Assembly: GCA_963749495.1 (NCBI GenBank) | Contig: CAVVMW010000015.1 | Span: 288,001-352,000 of the forward strand | Direction of reading: 5' to 3' | Length of the DNA: 64,000 nucleotides | Source of the DNA: an uncultured bacterium | GTDB taxonomy: Bacteria; Verrucomicrobiota; Verrucomicrobiia; Limisphaerales; UBA8199 | Part shown: in pieces, positions 53,965-64,000 of the stretch | How the letters are laid out: the number at the start of each line of letters is the position of its first letter | How positions within the stretch are numbered: the first letter of the stretch is position 1 | The notes under the pieces: generated by a model | What the model saw: the letters and a program-made list of their open reading frames with translations, nothing else | The model's database searches: none | What the model was told of the DNA's origin: nothing | Made by a program: the position numbers and the translations under genes

Positions 53965-54059
53965 CCGTCCCTCTGTAGTGCATCCCACGGATTGCTCAGT
54001 AAACCCTCATCCCCAGATGCCCTCTGGCACCGAATTGGGCGGCGTGAAGGCCAACAGGT

Positions 54060-54169
54060 TGTCCCCAATTGGAGACACTCCGGGGCAAGCCCATCCCAGT
54101 GCAACGAGCCGGAGCCGCCTTCGATTTGGCCAGCACCTACGCAGACCGTCTCCAATTGGAGACAGTCTG
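54060..54169. repeat. Two copies of palindrome GTC(C/T)CCAATTGGAGAC
   Basis: 54061-54076 and 54148-54163; the second extends to CAGACCGTCTCCAATTGGAGACAGTCTG. Confidence 0.75.
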
Positions 54170-54270
54170 GCCCGAACAGTTCCTTTAGTCCACGCGATGG
54201 AACCATCTCCACCGAGCGCGGATTTAGGTAACCCCTGGCAGCGAGAACACTCGTTCAGCTCCGGCCGCGT

Positions 54271-55308
54271 CTATGGCCGGTGCTTGGAGACTTCTTGGGG
54301 TTGGGCCGCCTTATTACCGGTGACGACCACCCGGCGATAGCGCGTCAGCGGTGGCTGGCCGTTGTCCGTCACGGTCAGAACGACGTGTGTGGTCTGGCCG
54401 GAGGCATTGTCGGGGACACGCATGGTGGCAAGCTCGGTATTGGTCCCCACGATGGTCACGGGCCCGTGATAGGTGCCCGGCTCTGGATAAACAAACCACT
54501 TGTAGCTCAGACGGTCCCCGTCGGGGTCGCGCGAACCTCGGGCATCGAGCTTGAGGTCCGCACCGGCATTCGCCCGAAGCCGAAGACACTGGCTGCCTTC
54601 CAGGCCGTTCACGACTACCTGGGGAGGATGATTCGCCTCCGCGACGGGCTTGACGCACCAGTCCAGTCGCGCCCGGAAGTCGTTCTGGAGATGGACCGCC
54701 CAGCGCTGGAGGGTGTTGTCCCGGTTCGTTGTGCCTTGCCAGGCGTCGGCCTGGTTTGCCCAGTGAACCGAGCGTAACCGGCCTGTCCTCGTTCGCGCCG
54801 CACGCGCTCGAGCGCGCGTTTGAGGCAACTGGGTGCCGAGCCATGGTCGGTGCCCCAGTTGGAAAACCAAACCGGGCGTGCGTCCGCCCGGTCCACAGCC
54901 TTGATGATGAGGTCCACGCCGGCTTCCGTGTCCTCATAGCCGGGCACGGTAACCTCGAGCAGCCGTTCCGGGCTGGGATAGCGCGGGTCATGCCGCACGA
55001 GGTTGGGATAGCACTGTCCGTAAGCCCGGAGCATACGGCGGAGAATGCCCAGGCCCGTGCGCTCGGGGTTCAGGTTTTCGCCGTCTCGCGCCTGGGCGCG
55101 ATTCGCTATGATACCCTCGACGTCCCACTCGTTGGCACACAGCAGAAAGCGCACGAATGACTGCTCGTCATCCGGATCACCGCCGGCATCCGTTTCGATG
55201 ATGTAACGGATTCGGCTGTCGGGCCTTGGGGCCCCGCTGTCGGCGGCGAATGTGGCCAGGGACAGGAAGAGGCACTGAGGCCACGCAGAAGACAGGGTTT
55301 CTTTTCAT
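54271..55308 (-). pseudogene. DUF1593 / nucleoside hydrolase-like protein with C-terminal Ig/PKD domain; internal deletion near 54765
   Basis: IIETDAGGDPDDEQSFVRFLLCANEWDVEG; RW..LQNDFRARLDWC...ANHPP; DPDGD.LSYKW; LTVTDNG.PPLTRYRR. Confidence 0.8.
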
Positions 55309-56168
55309 CGTGATGTCACGAAAATGTCTGTCCAACAGCTCTGGATTATCATACATGGATACACCATGAAAGGCAGAATTGAGGCATTGATCCTGGCCCT
55401 CCTGGCGGCGCATATCCATCGCCTTCTGCAATGAGAATCCCCTTCACTCCGGTCGTTTATGAACATAGACACACCCAGAGCATTCCTGAGGAAAGCAACG
55501 GCGGCGGTAACGACCGGGGGCCTGATGGGATGGCGAACCGTCGCCCGGGCATCGGAAGCGAGGCCGCTCATCGTGCGCGACACTCTGTCCAATGCTGGAA
55601 TATCTGATCAAATCGCGGGTTTCATTTCAGCGTTGCCAGACCCGCCCGCTCGTGGCCGAAGCGGGGGCCTTCGCGATGGCGGAAGAGGCCTGGTTTGGGC
55701 CCTTCACTGGACGAGGAAAGGATGGAAAGGATTTGAAGCTTCTCGAGAGCGTTTCAGTTCAGAGTTAGGTCGGCGGCGCAAGGTCCAGGCGCCGGCTTCG
55801 GCCTCCAGCCAGGCTGCGCCGACTTCCGGGGTCACCTGTTTGTCCGCGGCGGCAAAGTCCTCTACTGCCTCCGCGGGAGCGCTGGGCGTTGACTACAGCC
55901 GCGGGCCGAGGCGTTACGAGGCCTACGGCATTGACTTTGGCCCCCGGGTGACTGAGCCTCTTGGCGAGTGAACATGTCGTGTGGCCATGCCATCGCTCCA
56001 TGAACCGCCTCGTAGGGCAGCTTGCCAGCCTGCTGGTTCTGGGGACTTTCCATGCCCCAGCACGAGTTCATCGCGATTCATGCTCCCTGTGCGCCTCTGC
56101 AGGAACGTCCAGGCTCGCTCCCAACCGCTGCCGCGCAGAGCCACATGCCGTTCCATTCACGGACCCTT

Positions 56169-56603
56169 ATGCAAAACGACCCGACCCAATTCAGCCAACG
56201 GAATTCCCGCCGGGAATTCCTGCGACACACCGCGCTGGGCGCCACTGGGGCGGCCCTGACCTCTTCCTCGACGCTGCTGGCGCAACTCGCCGGGGAGCGT
56301 CCCGCACGAGCCGCAGGCGTTACGGTGTTGAACCCGCGCGCCCGCGTGCCGGTGGGCCTCATCATTGATGATGCCACCTGTCTGGTGAACCTGAACAAAT
56401 TCGCCGTCCCGCAGTTCGCCGCGGCCTGGGGCGCGGGCAGCAACTACGAGAAATACCGGTGGCGGGAGTGGCCGAACGAAATCCCCGACGCGTTCGTGCG
56501 CAAGTTCGGCGAGTGGTGCGCCGGGCAGGGCGTCAAGGGCAAGTTCAGCATCGTCCCCTATCCTGCTTGCGTGGGCCGGCTTGACCGCACGCTGCCGGGC
56601 TGA
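56169..56603 (+). pseudogene. N-terminal fragment of a Tat-exported hypothetical protein (polysaccharide deacetylase-like)
   Basis: SRREFLR; VLNPRARVPVGLIIDD; GVKGKFSIVPYP. Confidence 0.55.
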
Positions 56604-56634
56604 ACGCAGCGCGAGTTGAATGACAGCCTCGAAC

Positions 56635-56780
56635 CGGTGCGCCAGGGGATATGAACGGCGCCGGGCACGAGCAGCAGGTTCTCGATGCCCAGATCGTGCG
56701 CGGCCTGGGCCATCAAGCCGGCCAGTTCCAATCCGCGCGCCCGCTTGACCGGATCGTTGCTCGTGAGGGGATAGGAGATG
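56635..56780 (-). pseudogene. Sugar phosphate isomerase/epimerase fragment
   Basis: YPLTSNDPVKRARG...AHDLG..NLLLVPGAV. Confidence 0.6.
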
Positions 56781-57087
56781 GCTTTTCTTTCATAGCCGGC
56801 AACGTAAGCCCCGATCTGCCGGCTTCCAAGCCAGCTTGCGCTGGTTTTTCGGCGTGGTGGCCGGGCCGGCTGGCTCACGCTCCGAAAAAGGGAAAGAGCT
56901 GCTTCAGTTCCTCCTGGTCCGGTTTGCGGCCGTACTCACAGATCTCGAGGAAAGGAAATGCCTTCGAGGGCGACGCGACGGCGGCCCGCATTGCGGCTGC
57001 GGCACAACACGCCGGTCTGGAGCCGGCATACCAAGCGCTGCGGCCGGACCTCCTCGAGCGCCGGGGCAAATAGCACCAGAGAATAAC

Positions 57088-58953
57088 TCAGCGCCGGGCG
57101 CGTTGGCGCCAGCGGGATTGGTCAATGCGTTTGAGTTCGGCGTCGAGACTGGTGCCCTCGTAGAAAGAAAGCCAGCCGCGCAACCGCACCGTTTCGCCGG
57201 GCGGGCAATCCGGGAACTTCGGATCAGCATGGACGCAGGGCACTTGGTCGTTGCCCCAGCAACGGTCGCAGGGGTCCCACCCGGTGATAATCCAGCGTTG
57301 GCCATCCTCGGAGCGCGCGGCGGCGTAAGGGGGCTGGAAGACCTTGTTTGTCAGCGTCTGGGCGGCAAAACCGGCCGCCGCCTTGAGCATCACGCAATTC
57401 TGCACGCGCAAGCCGGTGAGCTTCTCGCGTGTCCCGTTGCGCAGCCAGAGTTCCATGCGCACGGCGCCGGCCGACGGCACGATCCGCGAGCCGAACAGGA
57501 TGCCGTTGGGCAGCGTGCGCTCGCAGTCCAGGGAGCCGTCTGCGCGGCGGTTCCACTCCAGGGGCGGGAGCTTGATCCCCTGCTGATCCCAAATCGTGGG
57601 GATGTGCGTGTGGGCCAGGTAGATCAGACCGAGGTTGGAAAAGATCGCTTCGGGAATATCCGCCACCACGTAACCCCCGTCTGCCCATGGGGCGAACACG
57701 CTGCATTTGGTCTCGCGCTGGGGCAGCACGGCGCCGTCCAGAAAACCGATGCGCGGATGGCGTCCGCCCGGATAAGGCAACACCCGCAACGGTTCGCCCG
57801 GCCCCGCCGATGCGCGCATGGGCGGGGGCGCCGTTTTCCCGTCAAGGGCAAACTTACGCAAGGCGACCCCCGCTTCCGCCGGCGAGAGGCCCGTCGCCGC
57901 GCTGACTTCCTCGAGCGTGAAGCGATGAAAGACGACCATGTTCTCCAGCCAATAACGCAGGTCGGCTTCATCGGTGGGAGGCCGAGGCTCCACCAGCAAG
58001 CTCAGGCGTGACTCGTAGGCGGCCAGGGCCCGCTCATACTCGGCGATGGCTGCGGCCGGCAGCACGCCGCGGCTGCGCTTGGTTTCATCGCGCACCCGCT
58101 GCACAAGAAACTCAACCTCGTCCCGCTTGGGGCGCAGGGGAGAATCCCGCACGTCGAACCAGCGCGGTGCGGTGTGGGCAAAGCGGACCGGCGGCCGCGC
58201 GCGGGGTTCGAAACAACGCAAGGCGACCCAGCTTGTGCCAGCGAGTGTCAGCGGCTGCCGAAAACGCGCTTCCCACGCTCCCTCCGTGTTCTGCCTGGGT
58301 TCCAGCGTCAGGTGATCACGGACTTCGCCGTTGACGATGAGTTCGACCTCGCTTACCTGCTCCTCGCTGAGCACCAGGCCGCTGACTTCTTCTCGCTCGA
58401 TTTCCGTCAGCAACATCGGGCCCGTGGTCACGAAGCTGCGGCCCTCATTCAGCCCCTTGAGCCAACCTTCGTAGCTGAACCCGCCCGGCAGATGCACGTA
58501 CACCCGGCCATAGCCCAGCGGGACCGGATGCACCCCATTGGCCGTGCCGGCGGTCGGGCGCAGGCGATAGCCGCAATCCAGCAGCGCGTAGTAGTTCTGG
58601 AACGTGTAGCCGCCAGTTTGCAGCTCGGCTCGGAACGGATGTGCTGAGAGGGTGGTGTGATACTCGACCGAGTTGGTGTTGAGCCAGTTTCGCCGCTCGT
58701 AGCGAATGGCCGAGCCTCCGAGTGCGGCGGACTCCGGGAAAAACCAGCGCCCATCCTCGCCTCGGATGTACACGCGCAACGCAAGGGCTTGCCCGGTGGC
58801 ATCATCGACCACCTCGCCGGTAACGATCGTTGGCCCGGCCACTGACGCAAGTTCAGCCTCTGCCCCTGCCAACTCCGCCGGCAGACCCGCGGCGCACATT
58901 AGCCACACGCATGCACGGGCGACGAGTTTCCACGGATTCGTGGGACAGTTCAT
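57088..58953 (-). pseudogene. CehA/McbA-family metallohydrolase-like protein with internal deletion near 58603
   Basis: YYALLDCGYRL.PTAGTA...GYGRVYV...GRSFVTTGP, FAHTAP; C-terminal VLPYPGGRHPRIGF domain. Confidence 0.65.
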
Positions 58954-59300
58954 GGCGAGAAGGCTACTCCGGTTGGCTTGCCCGCTCAATCGCTTTGGCA
59001 GACAAATCGAGGCATAGCGGGCCACGCATGCTGAGGCGCCTCCGCGAGCGCCTGGGCATTCCCGTCCAATCCGGCCCGTCGCATCGCGCCGAAATCCAGA
59101 ACGGGCTCTCGCCGGTTGAATTGGTCGTGCTCGACGAACCGGGCTTCACCGCACCCTTGCAGGAGAAGCGTAAGGTCACCTATGCCCTGCTCCAACCGGA
59201 GGCGTCCGGGCCATGAGGGCGTGTCGAGCGTCGAAGCTACTCGGAGACAGCAAGTCCCTATTGCATTTGGCTTCAAAAGGCGCTACGCCTTGCGCCAACA

Positions 59301-59610
59301 ATGAACCGCAGACAGTTGCTCGGGATGGCGGGGATATTGGTTGCCGGCGTGCTGGCTTGGCCGGTTCCCGCCTCCGCCGAGGAAAAACCCAAGGCCGGAT
59401 TGAGGATCTATGATGTCACCGCTTATGGCGCGCGCGGCGACGGCGACACTCTGGACACGGCCCCGATTAACCGTGCCATTGGCCAATGCCACGCGGCGGG
59501 TGGAGGGATCGTCTATCTGCCGCCGGGCCGGTTTTTGACCGGAACCGTGGTCCTCCAAAGCAATGTCTGCCTCTATCTGGAGGCGGGCGCCACTCTGCTG
59601 GGGAGCAACA
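59301..59610 (+). pseudogene. N-terminal fragment of a GH28/pectate-lyase-3 fold protein with Tat-like leader
   Basis: MNRRQLLG; DVTAYGARGDG..DTAPINRAI..GGG.VYLPPG.FLTG..LQSNV.L.LEAGA.LLGS. Confidence 0.75.
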
Positions 59611-59885
59611 ACCTCGCCGCGGCCAAACCCGCCATGATCACACTCGAAGTGCCCAACGGCGCCGTAAATCTGTAACCCACGTGAAACATTCTCGAACCGC
59701 GCCCCTGCTGCGGCACCTCTATTCCGGGGGCTATTTGGGCCGAGCTCATTTTCTGCGCCTGCAGCAACAGGACCGCGACGTTCAAGGCAACCCGTCCCTT
59801 GTGCGCGAATTTCAGGAAATGCTGATCGGCGATCCGTTCGCTGACGCACTCAGCCGCACCCGATGACATTTTCAGCTCTCCCAAC

Positions 59886-60410
59886 ATGAAAAGACTCCTT
59901 CCCCTCTGCTTGATGCTGGCGTTTATAGCCGGCTTGCACGCTGCCGGTGCAAGAGGTCCGGTCAGAGTCTTCATCCTGGCAGGCCAGTCGAACATGGAAG
60001 GCCAGGGGGTGGCTGACCTCGGAGGGCCTGAGCAGTTCATCGTGCTCAACGCCGTCCCGACGTTGGATTTCGAACAGATTCGCCGCGAGTTCACCAACTC
60101 GCCGGGTGCCAAGGTACAGGTGGGTGTGGCGGCGATTTTCTCCTACCTCGGCCAACCGCGTGCCAGAACCGTAGCTGAGTTGCGCGAGTTCCTTCGCCGT
60201 TCCCCGGAAACCGGCCTGCCGATCGTGGTCCAACTCGACGGCGAGAGTTGGTGGGGCGGCCGGCAGGATTTGTGGAACTGGTGGGACGCTGCCAGCCCCG
60301 GCTATTCAGCCGGCAATCGTGACAATGTGGAGTGGACCGGATGGTTGCCCGACGACGCCATCAAGATTGCCTGGCGCAACTGGGGAAGACAGTTCCGCGC
60401 GCTGCCGCTA
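59886..60410 (+). pseudogene. Chimeric ORF: sialate O-acetylesterase (SASA) N-terminus joined to a fragment of another hydrolase
   Basis: VRVFILAGQSNMEG, then LDGESWWGGRQDLWNWWD...NVEWTGW...WRNWGRQ. Confidence 0.6.
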
Positions 60411-61237
60411 CCTCTGTATCTACAACTGGAGCGGCATCCGGAGCAGCCGCGAAATCCTCGACGCCATCCGCGACGTCGTGGCCGCGCACAGCCCGTGAAG
60501 ATGTCCACCATTTGTGAACTTGCTCAGCCGGATCAGTGCCAACCAATCCAGGATTCCCCTGGTGGAACCACCATCGGGGCGGCCGGGAGAGCCTTTCCTT
60601 TCAGCGGATCGAAGTGCGGGTGAGCGCGAATGCGCGTCGTGATCGGCGCGTCGGTCGGGTTGTGGATTCCCAAGGTCCACGCGTCCTCGCCGGATCGGGT
60701 CAGTTGCACGAACAGGGCACAGGGTTCCCTTTCATCTCTTCTATCGGATCACATTGGGATTATTGTCCCGGCGCAGCACCGATTTCTTTTGCACCACCAG
60801 GTCGCCGTCGCGCACCCAGGATTCGCCGCGAATCGCCAGGTGCCGGACCATCTTCTGGCGCCACTCCTTGACCAGGGGTCCGGCGGCGGGCTCGGAGGCC
60901 AGGTCGCGGCATTCCCGAGGGTCGCTTCATGCGGATGATTGATGGAGGGCACAGGCGTCGCATCTGGCTTCGTAATTTGGCGTCTTGGCTCGCATCGAAT
61001 CAACCTCTTTTTCGGCATGGTCCTGTGGGAAATGCCGTTGCCTTGATTCGGCCCGAGAATGTGCCCTTCCGGGGAGCCCGCTTGAGGCTCGGAATGGAAC
61101 TCGACAAGCGCTGCCAATTCGCGGATTTCAAGCATTTGGTCCTCGATATACACCGTTATGGACCAACAGGCCGGCGTAAAAACTCTGTCGCTCCCGCATT
61201 GGGATTAGCATAATCCCCGCATGAGAACGATTCCTGC

Positions 61238-62431
61238 ATGAACGTGATTCACCGATACGCCACTCTGTTGGTTCTCTTCGGGGTCTGCGCCGGGAGCGCT
61301 GGCGCCGCAGGGACACCCCAGCCCCTGACCCTTCGTCTGCCCGGGCTCTGGCAAACCAACGGGGTCCTGTTCAAGGGCGCAGAGCCATATCGTGGTGTGG
61401 GTGCCAACTACTTCGACCTGTTCCTGCGGGTCCTGCACGAGCCGACAAACAGCACGAGCCTCGACGGCCTGGGGCGGCTTGGCCGGGCGGGCATTCCGTT
61501 CGTGCGGTTTGCACTCGCCTTTGACGATGCGGATTGGAAAATCTTCCTCGATCAGCGGGAGGAATTCCTCCATCGTTTGGATTCAGTGGTGCAAGCAGCC
61601 GAGCGAGCCAACGTCGGCCTCATTCCATCGTTTTTCTGGAGCTTCATGAGCTTCCCGGACCTCACCAACGAGCCACGCGACCAATGGGGCAATCCCGATA
61701 GCAAGACCAGTGCGTTAATGCGGCAGATCGTCGGTGCGATCGTTGAGCGCTACAAGAACTCCAAGGCGCTTTGGGCTTGGGAGTTTGGCAACGAAGCCAA
61801 CCTCCTGGCCGATTTGCCAAACGCCGCACAATTCCGCAAGCCCGGGGGCACCGAGCGCGACGATCTCACGTCGCAAGTGATGGTGGTGATGCTGCGGGAC
61901 TTCGCCAGAGAAGTCCGCCGGCACGACGCGCAGCGATTGATCATCGCGGGCCACTCGCACCCTCGGGCTTTCGCCTGGCACAACAGCGCCGAGAAAAGCT
62001 GGAAAGCTGACAGCAAGGAGCAAACCCTCGAGATTCTCCGGCGCGATAACCCTGCACCGCTCGACACGATCGCCATCCATATCTATGCCGATCAGCCTGT
62101 CTCCAAGGAAACGGCGGTCTGGGCCAAAGACCATGCTGAATATTTGCTGGCCGTTCGCCAGTTGTCGCACGAGATGAAGCGCCCGGTGTTCGTTGGCGAA
62201 TTCGGCCTGGCTTCCAACGGCCAGGAGGGGAACACGAGGGCCAAATTCGAGCGAGTCCTGGCCGACCTGGAGCAGGCACAGGTCGACTTGGCGGCATTTT
62301 GGGTCTTCGACCTCAAGAGCCAAAGCCAAGAGTGGAGCGTGACCTTCGAGAATATCCGTGCCTACATGATTGAATTGACGGCCGAAGCCAACCGGCGGTG
62401 GAACCAAAAGGCCTTGCACCGAGAGCAGTGA
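61238..62431 (+). CDS. GH5-family glycoside hydrolase (mannanase/cellulase-like)
   Basis: Signal peptide, GANYFD, AWEFGNE (acid/base), IHIY, PVFVGEFG (nucleophile), AAFW. Confidence 0.85.
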   Translation: MNVIHRYATLLVLFGVCAGSAGAAGTPQPLTLRLPGLWQTNGVLFKGAEPYRGVGANYFDLFLRVLHEPTNSTSLDGLGRLGRAGIPFVRFALAFDDADWKIFLDQREEFLHRLDSVVQAAERANVGLIPSFFWSFMSFPDLTNEPRDQWGNPDSKTSALMRQIVGAIVERYKNSKALWAWEFGNEANLLADLPNAAQFRKPGGTERDDLTSQVMVVMLRDFAREVRRHDAQRLIIAGHSHPRAFAWHNSAEKSWKADSKEQTLEILRRDNPAPLDTIAIHIYADQPVSKETAVWAKDHAEYLLAVRQLSHEMKRPVFVGEFGLASNGQEGNTRAKFERVLADLEQAQVDLAAFWVFDLKSQSQEWSVTFENIRAYMIELTAEANRRWNQKALHREQ

Positions 62432-62472
62432 ACTCTTTTCCGGGCTTGGGCTTAGGGAGTAGAATCGCGGGC

Positions 62473-62812
62473 ATGAACAGACATTTCCAGATCCTGGCCG
62501 GCGCATTGATCTTCGTTGCTCAGCCAGGGTTCGGTGCCGCGGCGGGGACGGAATCTCCAGGGGCGGCCCGGGGCGCGTACTTTTCCGAGAAGAGCTACCA
62601 CCCGGCGCCCCTGCCCCGGTTTGCCGAGATCCGCGACCGGCTCCCATCGCCCGTTTTTGAGGAAAGGCCCGAGTGGGTGTCCATGTACTGGAAAAGCTGG
62701 GAACTGGCGTTCAAGAACTTCCATGAACCGGCCTCGGGCAGCGGTTATGTTTCCCAGTTCATCGATGCCGCGTTCAATGAGAATATCTTCCTGTGGGACA
62801 CCTGTTTCATGA
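62473..62812 (+). pseudogene. MGH1-like glycoside hydrolase N-terminal fragment (copy 2)
   Basis: Near-identical to 17405-17743 through LWDTCFM. Confidence 0.8.
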
Positions 62813-63738
62813 CTGATCTCACCGAATTGCGGCTCCGTTTCGGCTTTGTGAGCGGGATGGTATTGGCCCATCAGATTGACATAGGTGTCGGGCGAGAGCG
62901 CGCTCGCCAGCCAATGGAGGATGGACTGTGTGTCCTGGATCAGGCCCGGCATGACCAGGTGCCGCACCAGCACACCACGCAACGCGAGCCCGTCCTCGTC
63001 AACTATCAGAACCCCGACTTGCTCGTGCATGGCTTTGATTGCCCGACGCGCGGCCTCGGGGTAGTCCCGGGCCCGGAGGTACTTGGCGCAGGCTTGCGCG
63101 TCCCACAACTTGAAGTCGGGCATGTAGATGTCCACCACCCCGTCCATCAGCCGGATGCTCTCGAGGCTATCGTAGGCCCCCGTGTTATAGACCAGCGGCA
63201 ATCGCAGACCCTTTGGGATCGCGCTCAGCAGGGCCTCCAGGATCTGCGGCACGACGTGCTCCGGTGTGACGAAATTGATGTTGTGGCAACCGGCCGCTTG
63301 CAGACGCAACATCACGGCCGCCAATTGGTCGGCGTCCAATTCCTGTCCGTCCCCAAGCTGGCTGATTTCATAGTTCTGGCAAAAGACGCATCCCAGGTTG
63401 CAGCCGGCAAAGAAAATCGTTCCCGATCCCCTCCAGCCGCGCAGGCAGTCCTCCTCGCCCAAGTGGGGAAACGCGCTGGAAACCCGCGCGTAGCGGCCGG
63501 TCTTGCAGACGCCGGCTTTGTTTTCCAAGCGGTTCACCTGGCAGTCTCGCGGGCAGACCTTGCATGGATGCAGCAGTTCCTGGGCGGCCTTGGCTCTCTC
63601 GGTGAGCAGCCCAAGTTCGTAGGCTTTCAGATATGCTGGGACAAAGTCACGCCGCGCGCGTACGAAGCGGGCGCCACCGCCCAGCGCCCTCGAAAGGCGG
63701 TGGCTTGCCTGGGCCTGAGTTTGGGAGGTTTCACCCAT
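62810..63738 (-). pseudogene. PflX-like radical SAM protein (copy 2), 3'-truncated
   Basis: Close paralogue of 18721-19749 including the upstream region; breaks after EPQFGEIS. Confidence 0.85.
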
Positions 63739-64000
63739 TGCAGGGCCTCTTCTGCCATTATCGCAACACCCAGGGCAAGTCCGATCCCGTACGCTCGGCG
63801 AGACATTCTCGAATCTGCATGACCAATGGGTATAGAGCCGTGCAGGGCCGGGTTCAAGCTCCGGTTCCCTTGACACGCCCCTGTGCTTCAGCCAGCCTGC
63901 GCTTCCGCATGAGCAAGGTCCAAAATCATCTGGAAGGTGTTGAGGCAGATCACCCAAACTGGCGGCCGTTTCTCGTCGCCGCCAGCATTCTCGGGGCCCT

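Noticed and set aside
62398..63957. 474-aa and 501-aa ORFs as real full-length proteins
   Set aside because: Each is a real gene fragment reading through the junction near 62811 into the antisense strand of the other gene.
1..64000. Restriction-ligation concatemer (NlaIII CATG or DpnII GATC) as the cause of the mosaic
   Set aside because: A few junctions contain CATG or GATC (about 10757, 17740, 24839, 62808), but many do not (about 4861, 7984, 11972, 18028, 45390, 47985, 54765).

Overview
GC-rich bacterial DNA, most consistent with Verrucomicrobiota (inferred from LamG/Ig surface proteins with a C-terminal 'F[YF]R' domain, a prepilin H-X9-DG protein, HEAT-repeat membrane proteins and many CAZymes). 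The window is a mosaic. Intact genes (E1-beta, GH29, GH127, GH5, GH16, galT-like, PflX-like, ISL3 transposase, HNH pair) alternate with many truncated or internally deleted gene pieces joined abruptly. About ten single-base frameshifts and two diverged duplications are also present. This looks mainly like an assembly, binning or long-read artefact, so gene adjacencies need caution, and fragment coordinates are approximate. The most interesting signals are these. (1) A GxxExxY nuclease gene sits among six AACCGC-headed 9/10-nt triplet repeats, one of which supplies its start codon. (2) An ORF-less group II intron lies next to it. (3) A TPP-dependent E1 alpha/beta pair has an alpha subunit that appears to carry a Tat export signal, with no E2/E3 nearby. 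(4) A tRNA(CAT) 5' half is followed by a tandem 12-bp repeat that an ISL3 has interrupted, leaving an 8-bp target duplication. No CRISPR-Cas, rRNA or reverse transcriptase is seen.
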